A DNA stretch of 64,000 nucleotides from Desulfosoma sp. (GCA_037481835.1 JBBFKW010000008.1:32001-96000), one strand, 5' to 3'. Counted from the first letter of the stretch, positions 31,210 through 40,540 are shown. The notes: a model not told the origin generated them from the letters alone. Program-made: numbers and translations.

Positions 31210-33264
31210 TCACAGCTTCCGAAGAGCCGCGCGCCAATCCAAAGCCATGCATCCCTGAGCGTCCACCCGCACGGGGTTCATGTCCACTTCCGTGATCTGC
31301 GGAAAATCATAGAGGAACCATGAAAGCCGCACAATGGTTTCCAAAAGAGCATCTTCGTGCAAAGGCTTCCCCCCTCGAACGCCCCGAAGCACCGCCGCAC
31401 CCCGGCACCGCTCCACGAGCTCCCGAGCCTGTTCCTTATCCAAGGGGCCGATGCCCATGGCCGTTTCTTTGAAGACTTCCACGTAGACGCCCCCGAGGCC
31501 CACAAGGACGACGGGGCCGAAGTTATCGTCCTGACGGCCCCCGACGATCCATTCCATCCCGGGATCGGCCATCCTCTGGACGAGCACCGCCGGGCCGAAG
31601 CGGGCAAGCCGCCGGTAGGCGTCGCGGACGGCTTCCTCATCGGCGAGGTCGAGGGCCACCGCGCCCACATCGGTTTTGTGGACCACATGGGCGGCCGCCG
31701 TTTTCATGGCTACCGGATAGCCAAGACGCCCGGCGCAGCCCACCGCCTCGTCTTCGTGTGCGGCGATCGCCCACGGCACCGTGGGAATCCCGTAGCCGGC
31801 CAAAGCCGACGCCAAGGCGTCCGGGGCCACAGGCCCTTCGGCGCTCGCCGCCAGGGCGCGACGGGCTTTTTCGGGGTCCACGCCGTGAGGCCGCTTTTGA
31901 GCGAAAACGCGCCTCGGCTTTCCGCCGAAGTTCCGGTTCCAGGCGAGCGCCCGCAGAGCGTCGCGAGGGTCCGTAAAGAGGGGGTAGCCGGCGGTTTTTC
32001 GGTTCAGCTCGAGCTCCTTCTGCATGGTGAACACACAGACCGCAATGGGCTTTTGGGCCTCGCCCATCAGGCGCCCGAGGCTTTGGACCAGTTGCCGGGA
32101 TCCTTCCGCGTCGAAGATCCCTTGGTAGTTGTGGATGAAAAGCAGCCCGTCGATATCGGCTCGCGCCAGGGTTTGCCGGGCCAGCTTTTCGTAGAGCTCC
32201 AGGTCGAACACATCGCCCAAGTCCATGGGGTTGTGAAACTGGATGACCCCGGCCCGGGCGTGGCTTTCCGCCATTTTGACGAGCTCTTCGGGAAAGGGGG
32301 GCAGTTCGAAGCCGAACTCGTCCGCCGCATCGGCCGCCATGACCGCATGGCCTCCCGAACGGGAAATGACGGCAAGGCGGCCTCCGCGCATCCTGGGCAG
32401 CAGAAAGCCCTTGATGGCTGTGAGGCCTTCGTTTTGGTCCGTGACGCGAAGAATGCCGCACTGGCGAAAGGCGGCATCGGTGACAGCATCGTCGGTTGCC
32501 AGGGATGCGGAATGGGACCGGGCGATGACGGCTCCCGCTCCGCCTCGGTTGGACTTATGCACGACGATGGGTTTCGCCGCCCCGGCGGCGATTTCCATGA
32601 GGCGCCGTCCCTGGGCAATGCCTTCCAGGTAGCCGAAGATGACGTCCGTTTGGGGGTCCTGGAGGTAATAGGCGAGAAGATCGTTTTCGTTCACATCGAG
32701 CTTATTGCCGATGCTGGCGAATTTGGAAAAGCCGATCCCTTCGGCGGCGCAGTGGTTGATCATGGTGGCGCCCACGCCGCCGCTTTGGGAAAAGATGGAC
32801 ACCCGCCCTGGAGGGGCTTCCGCCTTCATGGGCATGAACGGGACCGCGAGGCCCGTGTATCGGTTGATAATGCCGATGCAATTGGGACCGATCATGCGCA
32901 TGCCGTAGCGGGCCAAGGCCTCCTGGATTTCTTTTTCCAGTTCGGCGCGGTCGTCCCCCAGTTCCCGAAACCCGGCCGATTCCACAACGATGCGCCGGAT
33001 GCCCTTCTCGCCGCACCGGCGGATGATGTCCGGAACCGCCCGCGCCGGCACCAGCACCGCGGCGAGATCAACCGTTTCGGGGAGATCCTCCACGGACCGG
33101 TAAATCCTGTGGCCCGCAAAGACTCCCCCCTTAGGCCCCACCAGGTCAATGACGCCCTGGTATTGGAATTCCATGAGGTTGAAAACAATGGCGCGCCCCA
33201 GATTCGTCGGCGAACTGGAAACCCCGATCACGGCCACACTCTTCGCATCGAAAAAGCGCTCCAT
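31210..33264 (-). CDS. ADP-forming acetate/acyl-CoA ligase (fused alpha-beta)
   Basis: SVAVIGVS, SAGFRE, IGPNCIG, SQSGG, ARSHSAS, NPMDL, HKTDVG, FGPVVLVGLGG, DMNP. Confidence 0.9.
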   Translation of the reverse strand: MERFFDAKSVAVIGVSSSPTNLGRAIVFNLMEFQYQGVIDLVGPKGGVFAGHRIYRSVEDLPETVDLAAVLVPARAVPDIIRRCGEKGIRRIVVESAGFRELGDDRAELEKEIQEALARYGMRMIGPNCIGIINRYTGLAVPFMPMKAEAPPGRVSIFSQSGGVGATMINHCAAEGIGFSKFASIGNKLDVNENDLLAYYLQDPQTDVIFGYLEGIAQGRRLMEIAAGAAKPIVVHKSNRGGAGAVIARSHSASLATDDAVTDAAFRQCGILRVTDQNEGLTAIKGFLLPRMRGGRLAVISRSGGHAVMAADAADEFGFELPPFPEELVKMAESHARAGVIQFHNPMDLGDVFDLELYEKLARQTLARADIDGLLFIHNYQGIFDAEGSRQLVQSLGRLMGEAQKPIAVCVFTMQKELELNRKTAGYPLFTDPRDALRALAWNRNFGGKPRRVFAQKRPHGVDPEKARRALAASAEGPVAPDALASALAGYGIPTVPWAIAAHEDEAVGCAGRLGYPVAMKTAAAHVVHKTDVGAVALDLADEEAVRDAYRRLARFGPAVLVQRMADPGMEWIVGGRQDDNFGPVVLVGLGGVYVEVFKETAMGIGPLDKEQARELVERCRGAAVLRGVRGGKPLHEDALLETIVRLSWFLYDFPQITEVDMNPVRVDAQGCMALDWRAALRKL

Positions 33265-34072
33265 GCAGATCCCTCCTTGTCCACGCACCGTGGCGCAACC
33301 GCACCTCATCCGCAGCCTATCCGCTCCGCGTCCCGAAGCCCCCCTCCTCAAGCCCCGGGACGCCGCACCTCATTCGCCCCACACCATGCCACAAACCAGC
33401 CCGAACGGAAAGCCCCCCTCCGAGAACCAGCAAGGCCCATCGAAGTCTCTTTTGCCTTTAAAAACATCCCGCGGATTGAAATCCTTTAAAGTTCTTATTT
33501 TTGCGCGGACTCCGTGACGACTGCGGCGCCCCCTTGTGACGACAATCGGGCCCCGTGGTGAGCAAAAAAGGCACTCCAGTCGCTCCGGAGAGGCTCGTCC
33601 CCGCAGCCGTGACGGATCCGGTTTCTGATGACCTGGAATGGGTGAACGATTTCTACAGGCATATCATGATACGCCCCACTTGGCTGGCACCACAGAGGGA
33701 TTCCATGTTGGTGAATTATACGTGCGGAGGAGGGGCTGTATTTTCAAAGCAGCGCCGTTGGATCCGGCATCGACTGGCGGTAACCGTAACTGGGCGAACA
33801 TATGGGGGGAGGAATTCTCATTCCAGAGCGCACCGTGAGCCCGGCTTGCCGTAACAATCGGGAACCGATGCACGAAAGGAACGGATCCCCTCCGCCGCAC
33901 GGCTCTGCGCTCGAAGCGGGTCGATCAAGCTACAAGAGCGCCGCACCCACGGCAAGAATTTTTCCTTGCCCGAGGCTCGCCTCACGTGAGCGGGGTTGAA
34001 ATGAACCGATAATATGAACCATAATAAACAAAATGCGTTTCGACCCCTCGTCTTGATTCAAGGAGGAGAGCC

Positions 34073-35056
34073 ATGGCGAAGAAAATGCTTGTTGCCGCGA
34101 CGGTCTGGATCCTCGTGTTCGGCCTGTGTTCGATCGTGCAGGCGCAGGTCATGCCTCTCCCCACGGCCCAACAGGGTTTCAGTTATCCTCCCACCGCAAA
34201 TCCCGTGCTCAATGTCGATCCCTCCGTAGCCCGACCAATCGGCGTCGGGCCCGTTGCGGAAGGAGGCAGCGTCGTTCGGCTCCGGGTGGCCCTTCCCGCC
34301 TTCAGCGCCCCGGTGGACCTCTACTTTGGGGTCATGGCGCCGGCCTTGGATCCCATTCATTTGTACCTGTTGAAACCCGACGGGCAACTCGCTGTTTTCC
34401 AATCGGAACTCATCCCCTGGAAATCGGGGGTCACCCAGCCTGTAGATGAATTCCTTTTCGGGGACATCCCCACCTCGGCGCTCCCACCGGGTCAATACCA
34501 CTGCTATCTTCTGGCAAGCCCCGCGGGAAATCTTTCCCTCTATGACCTCTGGCATACCTATTTCGTGATTAAAGATGCCGCCGGGGGATGCGGAAGTTAC
34601 AACGGCCCCAGGTCCTTTTCCATGACCTTCGACCACTTGGCTCTGGTGAATCAGTATGCATATACGCAAGAAATTCGCATCACCGGCGTCGTTCCCTTTT
34701 CCCTTGGGGAGGACAATACATTGTCAGGGAGCGGCACCCTCCAAATCAGCACCCAGGGGGCATGGCCCGAGGCGACTTTCAGCGGCTCGGGAACCGTGGA
34801 CGAAAGGCTCGGCGGGAGACTCTTTTTCGACGAAAATTGCCAGGCGATCCTGGAAGTCGTTTTCGATGAGCAATTTCATCCATTCCCCGTGACCTATAAT
34901 ATCGGCGGAGTAGTGACTGTGGTCACGTATCCATTGGATTCTCATAACACATACACTCAATACTTCCATGTCATCGACGGGGCGACGGTTTCTGGGCCGC
35001 CGGTTTTCGGGGCCATGGAAGGCAGCTTTAATTATATTCTGCACATCGGCCCTTGA
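34073..35056 (+). CDS. Secreted hypothetical protein (two beta-rich domains)
   Basis: AAGGAGG SD, signal peptide ending VQA, lower GC than the flanks. Confidence 0.7.
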   Translation: MAKKMLVAATVWILVFGLCSIVQAQVMPLPTAQQGFSYPPTANPVLNVDPSVARPIGVGPVAEGGSVVRLRVALPAFSAPVDLYFGVMAPALDPIHLYLLKPDGQLAVFQSELIPWKSGVTQPVDEFLFGDIPTSALPPGQYHCYLLASPAGNLSLYDLWHTYFVIKDAAGGCGSYNGPRSFSMTFDHLALVNQYAYTQEIRITGVVPFSLGEDNTLSGSGTLQISTQGAWPEATFSGSGTVDERLGGRLFFDENCQAILEVVFDEQFHPFPVTYNIGGVVTVVTYPLDSHNTYTQYFHVIDGATVSGPPVFGAMEGSFNYILHIGP

Positions 35057-35103
35057 ACCTGCGAAACGCCCATGGGCAATCCCCAAGTTCCCGCATCGGG
35101 TGC

Positions 35104-35132
35104 TTGACAACCAGAGGTCATGTGGATAAAAG
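35104..35132 (+). promoter_or_regulatory. Putative sigma70 promoter of fabD
   Basis: TTGACA-N17-TAAAAG. Confidence 0.45.
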
Positions 35133-35180
35133 CGGCGGCACGGATTCCAACCATCACCGTCACGAGAAAGAGCCGCCGCT

Positions 35181-36107
35181 ATGAAAAGATGGGTCTTTTT
35201 GTTTCCCGGCCAAGGGTCCCAGTATGTGGGCATGGGCAAGGACTTGTATGAGAACTATCCGAAAGTTCGGGAACTGTTCCACCGTGCCGACGATATTCTC
35301 GGCATGGGGATCACCAAGCTCTGCTTCGAAGGGCCCGAAGACGTCCTGACCCAGACGCAAAACGTCCAGCCGGCCATCACGGTGGCCAACCTGGCGTGCC
35401 TCACGGTCTTGGCCCATCACGAAATCTTCCCGGTGGCGGCCGCCGGGCACAGCCTGGGCGAATACAGCGCCCTGTACGCCGCCGGTGTCTTGTCGCTGGA
35501 AGACACTTTGAAACTCGTCCGATGGCGCGGGCTCTATATGCACGAGGCATCCTTGGAGACGCCCGGGGCCATGGCCGCCGTCATGGACATGCCGGAAGAG
35601 AGGCTTCAAAACATCTGCCGGCTGTGCGATGTGGAAATCGCCAACATTAACAGCCCGGACCAGGTCATCATCACGGGACCCGTGGACGCCGTCGACAGGG
35701 CTTTGGAAGCCAGCGCCGCCGAAGGGGCCAAGAAATGCGTGAAGCTTAATGTGAGTGGCCCGTGGCATAGTCGGTGCCTGGAATCGGCCCGACAGAAGTT
35801 CGAACCCCATGTGCGGGCCGCAGCTTTTTCCGACCCGAGAATCCCCATCGTCAACAATGTGGACGCCAAGCCCCTCAAAAACGCCGCCGAAGCCCCGGAA
35901 AAGCTTGTTCGGCAAATCTGCGGCGCCGTCTTGTGGAAGCAATCCATGGAGTGGTTTTTGGCCAACGGCTATGATCACTTTGTGGAAGTGGGACCCAAAA
36001 AGGTCCTCCGGGGGCTCATGCGGCGTATCGACCGGAAAGTCATCATCCACAACGTGGAAGATGCCGCAACCCTGGCCTCATTCCTCCAGGCCAACGGCTC
36101 CGACTAG
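35181..36107 (+). CDS. fabD: Malonyl-CoA:ACP transacylase
   Basis: FPGQGSQYVGMG, GHSLGEYSAL, LNVSGPWHS, EVGPKKVL. Confidence 0.95.
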   Translation: MKRWVFLFPGQGSQYVGMGKDLYENYPKVRELFHRADDILGMGITKLCFEGPEDVLTQTQNVQPAITVANLACLTVLAHHEIFPVAAAGHSLGEYSALYAAGVLSLEDTLKLVRWRGLYMHEASLETPGAMAAVMDMPEERLQNICRLCDVEIANINSPDQVIITGPVDAVDRALEASAAEGAKKCVKLNVSGPWHSRCLESARQKFEPHVRAAAFSDPRIPIVNNVDAKPLKNAAEAPEKLVRQICGAVLWKQSMEWFLANGYDHFVEVGPKKVLRGLMRRIDRKVIIHNVEDAATLASFLQANGSD

Positions 36108-36229
36108 GAGGCTGTCTAAGAACGAACCCGAAGGCCTCTTGTCCTGGGAGCGCGGGCCTCCGGCCCGCACGAGAAGCGGGCGAGACGCCCGCGCTCCCAG
36201 GAATATGCCATTCTCGGACAGCCTCCTAG
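36104..36229. mobile_element. MITE-like element with CTAG ends and a nested REP-like double hairpin
   Basis: Ends CTAGGAGGCTGTCTAAGAA and TTCTCGGACAGCCTCCTAG (17/19 inverted match); internal perfect 16-bp inverted repeat spanning 36142-36202. Confidence 0.7.
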
Positions 36230-36269
36230 GGCTTTCCCGTGGCTCCCTATGGTTTGCATCATCCGGCGT

Positions 36270-38429
36270 TCACTCATGGGTCTCTTGATACAGGACTTGT
36301 ACGGCTTGGTGGATGACGGTTTCCGGGACGGCGGTGCGTCTTTCGACGCGGCCGATACCCTGTGGGACGATCCACACGAGTCCTGAGGCGCCTTTCTTCT
36401 TGTCGTGGTGGATGTGGCGAAGCAGCCCTTGGGAATCGGCCGCAAGGGGCGTCGTCAGCGGCAGGTGATAGGCCCGCAGGACGCGATCCATCCGCGCCGC
36501 CAGTTCCGGATCCGTTACCCCCAAAAGGATCCCCATTCGGACGGCCACCCTCATCCCGAGGGCCACCGCATGACCGTGGGGAAGCGTGTAGCCGCTCAGG
36601 GCTTCCAGGCCGTGACCCGTAGTGTGCCCCAGATTCAGCAGTTGGCGCAGCCCGAAATCCTTTTCGTCGGCCGCCACGTAACGGCCTTTCAAGGCAAGGC
36701 TTCGAGAGACGAGATTCTGCGCCATGGAAAGCGGCAGCGGGAAGGACACCCCTTTCGGGCCGCAGGCATCGGCATGGGCTTCCAGGGTTTCCATGAGGCC
36801 GCCGTCGTCTAGGAGGGCGTACTTGATCACTTCGGCCATGCCGTTTTGCCATTCCGCATCGGGCAGTGTCTGGAGAAACACGGGATCCACCAGAACGGCC
36901 TGGGGGTGATGGAACGTGCCGATGAGGTTTTTCCCTTCCTCGAGATCCACCCCCGTTTTTCCTCCGAGGCAGCTGTCCACCTGGGCCAAAAGCGTTGTGG
37001 GCACCTGGACCAGGGGAACGCCCCGCATGAAGATGGAGGCGAGAAAACCGATGACATCCCCCGTGACCCCGCCTCCCACGGCGACAAAGACGCTGCCGCG
37101 GTCCGCGCCGTGCCTCAGGGCAATCCGGGCGAGTTCTTCCACCGTCTGGAGGCGCTTTTTGTCTTCACAGGCGTCCCATTCGATCCATGCCTCGGAAAAC
37201 TGCTCGCGGCCCAAGGTGTCCCCCCACAGGGACGCCACCTTCCGGTCCACGAAGAAGTAGGGGCGGCGTTCCGGGACATGGTCCCGCAGCCATGAGCGAA
37301 GGGACTTGGCCCCATGAGGTTCCAAGGTGACGGCAGGGGGAAGGCACAGAGCCCAAGAGGGCCCCTCGTGAATTTTCATTGTCGTCGCCTGGGAGACCGC
37401 AGCGTGCGGTGACCGGGGCGCGGCGTCCCCCGTCCCGACGGCGTCCTCCATCGAAGTTTCAGCGTGCCCTGACAAAGCAGAAGCCGGAGAATTATCCTCT
37501 TGGTGGGCCGGGGCTTCGCGGCCTTTACCGTCCCCGGCGTTCGGCAGACTGTGCCCGTGGTTGTTGGCGTTGTGGTGCCAAGTGAGGAGTCTGTTCGTTT
37601 CTTCCAGGGCCTGGAGGCAGAAGTCCCCGAAATGGGACCGGGTTTTTTCGAAGGCCTCAAGGAAGTCCTGCCACCGGCCGTGTTCCACGGCATCGGCGGT
37701 TTCGGAAAACACGCGGCGAAGCACCCGAAGCGCTTCATTCTTATAGGGGTTTTCCATGGCGATGGCCGCATAGAGGGCCGGATCCTGGGCGAACAGCCTT
37801 CCGATGAGGTCCAATTCCAACCGGTAGATGGGGCTCGTATACCGCAGGCTTTCCGCGGCGTCGATCCCCAGGTCCCTGAGACAATGCCCCAAGACCACCG
37901 TCGTCACGTGGGGGATAAGCTGGATGACGGTCATCATGCGGTCGTGTTCTTCCGCCGAACACACGTGAATCTTGAGACCCGCGCGGCGAAGCACATCCAT
38001 GAGCCATTCCCGGGGACCGTCGGCCACCCGGCCCGGGCACACGATCATGGTCTGGCCGACGAAATCCTTGACATAAGGCCCATACATGGGATGGAGGCCC
38101 ATGTACCATGCGGCGGATCCTTCCATGGCTTTCAGGGGCGGCACTTTCAAAGAGCAAATGTCCACGACCAACTGGCCCGATCGAAACCGCGGGGCCAGGC
38201 TTTCCAATATACGGAAAGCTTTGTGGAGCGGCACGCTGACGAGGACGGCATCCGACCGATCGATGACGTCTTCGTTGCTAAGCGGCGTGGCCACATCGGA
38301 TATAGCGACCGGGTATCCATGGTCCTCGAAGAACCGATGAAAGAGCTTGCCCATGGCGCCCAGGCCGCCGATGATCCCGATGCGGGGTTTGTCCTTCCAG
38401 TGACTAAAATCCGACACGCTTTCCGTCAT
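36270..38429 (-). CDS. aroB: Prephenate dehydrogenase (TyrA) - 3-dehydroquinate synthase (AroB) fusion
   Basis: IIGGLGAMG, DICSLK, LHPMYGP, EHDRMM; then GGGVTGD, MRG..QVPTTLLAQVDS..GGKTG, GKNLIG, LNLGHT.GH. Confidence 0.85.
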   Translation of the reverse strand: MTESVSDFSHWKDKPRIGIIGGLGAMGKLFHRFFEDHGYPVAISDVATPLSNEDVIDRSDAVLVSVPLHKAFRILESLAPRFRSGQLVVDICSLKVPPLKAMEGSAAWYMGLHPMYGPYVKDFVGQTMIVCPGRVADGPREWLMDVLRRAGLKIHVCSAEEHDRMMTVIQLIPHVTTVVLGHCLRDLGIDAAESLRYTSPIYRLELDLIGRLFAQDPALYAAIAMENPYKNEALRVLRRVFSETADAVEHGRWQDFLEAFEKTRSHFGDFCLQALEETNRLLTWHHNANNHGHSLPNAGDGKGREAPAHQEDNSPASALSGHAETSMEDAVGTGDAAPRSPHAAVSQATTMKIHEGPSWALCLPPAVTLEPHGAKSLRSWLRDHVPERRPYFFVDRKVASLWGDTLGREQFSEAWIEWDACEDKKRLQTVEELARIALRHGADRGSVFVAVGGGVTGDVIGFLASIFMRGVPLVQVPTTLLAQVDSCLGGKTGVDLEEGKNLIGTFHHPQAVLVDPVFLQTLPDAEWQNGMAEVIKYALLDDGGLMETLEAHADACGPKGVSFPLPLSMAQNLVSRSLALKGRYVAADEKDFGLRQLLNLGHTTGHGLEALSGYTLPHGHAVALGMRVAVRMGILLGVTDPELAARMDRVLRAYHLPLTTPLAADSQGLLRHIHHDKKKGASGLVWIVPQGIGRVERRTAVPETVIHQAVQVLYQETHE

Positions 38430-38489
38430 GGTTCCTCCATACGCCGTCGTTCCTCGCGCCTTCCGGTTTCAAGGCTTCTTGCCCCTCCT

Positions 38490-39563
38490 TCACGAGGCCC
38501 CGGCCGCCGCCTTGGCCGTATCGTCCCGGCCTTTGCGATGGGTCCTGAGGATGGTTCGCCCCACGGCTTGGGCCACGGGCTCGAGCCGATCCAGGAGGTT
38601 CGCCATGGCTTCGGGCGTCAGGGATTGGGATCCGTCACTCAGAGCCTCGTGGGGCCGCACATGCACTTCCAGCATGAGCCCGTCGGCGCCGGCGGCCACG
38701 GCCGCACAGGCCATGGCGGGAATGAGGTCCGTGCGACCCAGGGCGTGGCTGGGATCCACGATGACCGGCAGGTGGGTGAGTTTTTTCAGCAAAGGCACGG
38801 CGCTGAGGTCCAAAGTGTTTCGCGTTTCCGTCTCAAAGGTGCGGATGCCGCGTTCGCAGAGGATCACCTTCTCGTTGCCGTGGCTCACGATGTATTCGGC
38901 CGACATGAGGAACTCTTTGATGGTGGCCGACATGCCGCGTTTGAGGATCACCGGCTTGTCCACCTGCCCCACTTCGGTCAAGAGTTTGAAGTTTTGCATG
39001 TTGCGCGTGCCGATTTGGAGCACGTCGGCGTATTTGTAGACCAGAAGCAGGTCTCGGGCGTCCATGACCTCCGTGACCACCGGCATGCCGGTGCGGCTGC
39101 GCACGTCGCTCATGAATTTCAGGGCCAGTTCCCCAAGCCCCTGGAAGCTGTACGGGGATGTGCGGGGTTTGAAGGCGCCGCCCCGCAGCATGGGAATGCC
39201 CAGGGCGTGGAGAGCGTCCGCGATTTCATCAAGAACCTCCCTGCCCTCCACAGCGCACGGGCCGGCGATGATGGGAATGGAGCGACCGCCCAGTTCCACG
39301 TGGGCGCCGATGGAAATGGTCGTGTTTTCTTCCTTGAACTCGCGGCTCACGAGTTTGTACGGCTGCAGGATGGGATGTGCCGCTTCCACGCCCGGAAAGC
39401 TTGCAAAAGGAATCTCCTGGATGAGGTCCCTTTCGCCGATGATTCCCACGATGGTGCGGCGTTCGCCCCGGGAAAGATGGGTGCGCAACCCCATCTTTTC
39501 CACTCGAGCCACCAGTTGCCTCAGTTCTTCGTCCGTGTGTTCGGGTTTCATGACAACAATCAT
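38490..39563 (-). CDS. aroF: DAHP synthase, type I-beta with N-terminal regulatory domain
   Basis: IAGPCAVE, RGGAFKPRTSPYSFQGLG, QIGTRNMQNF, LCERGIR, DPSH. Confidence 0.95.
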   Translation of the reverse strand: MIVVMKPEHTDEELRQLVARVEKMGLRTHLSRGERRTIVGIIGERDLIQEIPFASFPGVEAAHPILQPYKLVSREFKEENTTISIGAHVELGGRSIPIIAGPCAVEGREVLDEIADALHALGIPMLRGGAFKPRTSPYSFQGLGELALKFMSDVRSRTGMPVVTEVMDARDLLLVYKYADVLQIGTRNMQNFKLLTEVGQVDKPVILKRGMSATIKEFLMSAEYIVSHGNEKVILCERGIRTFETETRNTLDLSAVPLLKKLTHLPVIVDPSHALGRTDLIPAMACAAVAAGADGLMLEVHVRPHEALSDGSQSLTPEAMANLLDRLEPVAQAVGRTILRTHRKGRDDTAKAAAGAS

Positions 39564-39650
39564 GGCAGGTCCTCCTTGCCTTGTGTCTGAGGAAAACGCG
39601 CGTGTTTCCCTCTTTGTTTAAGTTATCGGCACGGTCGTGCCGAACCTCCA

Positions 39651-39685
39651 AAACACAAAAGGCCGTGAGCTTGTGCCCACGGCCT
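39651..39685 (-). terminator. Second intrinsic terminator of the aroF leader
   Basis: Minus strand AGGCCGTGGGC-acaa-GCTCACGGCCT followed by TTTGTGTTTT. Confidence 0.65.
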
Positions 39686-39697
39686 GGCAAGGTCCAT

Positions 39698-39735
39698 AAA
39701 AAAGGCCGTGGGCTTTTGGGGTCAGCCCACGGCCT
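39698..39735 (-). terminator. Attenuator terminator of the aroF leader
   Basis: Minus strand GGCCGTGGGCT-loop-AGCCCACGGCC followed by TTTTTT. Confidence 0.8.
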
Positions 39736-39765
39736 CGGTGCCGGCGTCCAAGGACTTCGGACGGC

Positions 39766-39852
39766 TCAGCGCGGTGGTCGGCCGACCCCATCGGGGCCGT
39801 AATACCACCCATAATAAAAGTAAAAGCGCCGAGCCGTTCCCTTGATGCTCAT
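39766..39852 (-). CDS. Aromatic-amino-acid attenuation leader peptide MSIKGTARRFYFYYGWYYGPDGVGRPPR
   Basis: Translated by hand; AAAGGA SD; 8 aromatic codons out of 9; precedes two terminators and aroF. Confidence 0.85.
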   Translation of the reverse strand: MSIKGTARRFYFYYGWYYGPDGVGRPPR

Positions 39853-39906
39853 CGTCCGTCCTTTCAGGTGGACCATCACGCCCTGCGTACTCTTGGCAGG
39901 TGATCC

Positions 39907-39936
39907 CTTATAGAGGAGCTCATCGGGGGATGTCAA
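39907..39936 (-). promoter_or_regulatory. Sigma70 promoter of the aro leader/operon
   Basis: TTGACA-N18-TATAAG on the minus strand. Confidence 0.6.
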
Positions 39937-40006
39937 GAGCCTTGGTGCATTTTTTTCGGCACTGCGGGGAGGGGGTCGTCGTGCGCGCTCTCTTTAGAAC
40001 TTTTCC

Positions 40007-40035
40007 TTGACAAGCCGAGGGGGATTGCCTATAGG
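40007..40035 (+). promoter_or_regulatory. Sigma70 promoter of rplM-rpsI
   Basis: TTGACA-N17-TATAGG. Confidence 0.55.
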
Positions 40036-40083
40036 ACTGAGCTTCGAGTCGGTCACCAGTGGCGGTTTAATGGAGATATACGC

Positions 40084-40539
40084 ATGAAAACGACCAGTGC
40101 CAAGTTTGATGCCAACGGAAGAAAGTGGATCGTGGTGGACGCCGAAGGTCAGGTTCTCGGCCGGTTGGCCAGCGAAATCGCCGTGAGGCTTCGGGGCAAA
40201 CATCTGCCCACCTTTTCCCCCCATCTGGATACGGGCGATTTCGTAGTGGTCATCAACGCCGAAAAAGTTCGTCTCACCGGCCGCAAGTGGGACCAGAAAA
40301 AATACTATCGCCATTCGGGCTACCCCGGAGGGCTCAAGGTCACCACGGCGAAGAAACTCAATCAGGAACACCCCGAGCGGCTCATTGAATTCGCCGTGCG
40401 CGGCATGCTCCCCAAGAATCGACTGGGCCGCAAGCTCCTCAAGAAGCTCAAGGTCTACAGCGGGGCCGAGCATCCTCATGAAGCCCAGCAGCCCACCCCG
40501 TTGAAACTCGGCGGCCGGGCGCCGGTAAAGGAGTCGTAA
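40084..40539 (+). CDS. rplM: 50S ribosomal protein L13
   Basis: [47 protein letters not shown]. Confidence 0.98.
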   Translation: MKTTSAKFDANGRKWIVVDAEGQVLGRLASEIAVRLRGKHLPTFSPHLDTGDFVVVINAEKVRLTGRKWDQKKYYRHSGYPGGLKVTTAKKLNQEHPERLIEFAVRGMLPKNRLGRKLLKKLKVYSGAEHPHEAQQPTPLKLGGRAPVKES

Positions 40540-40540
40540 C

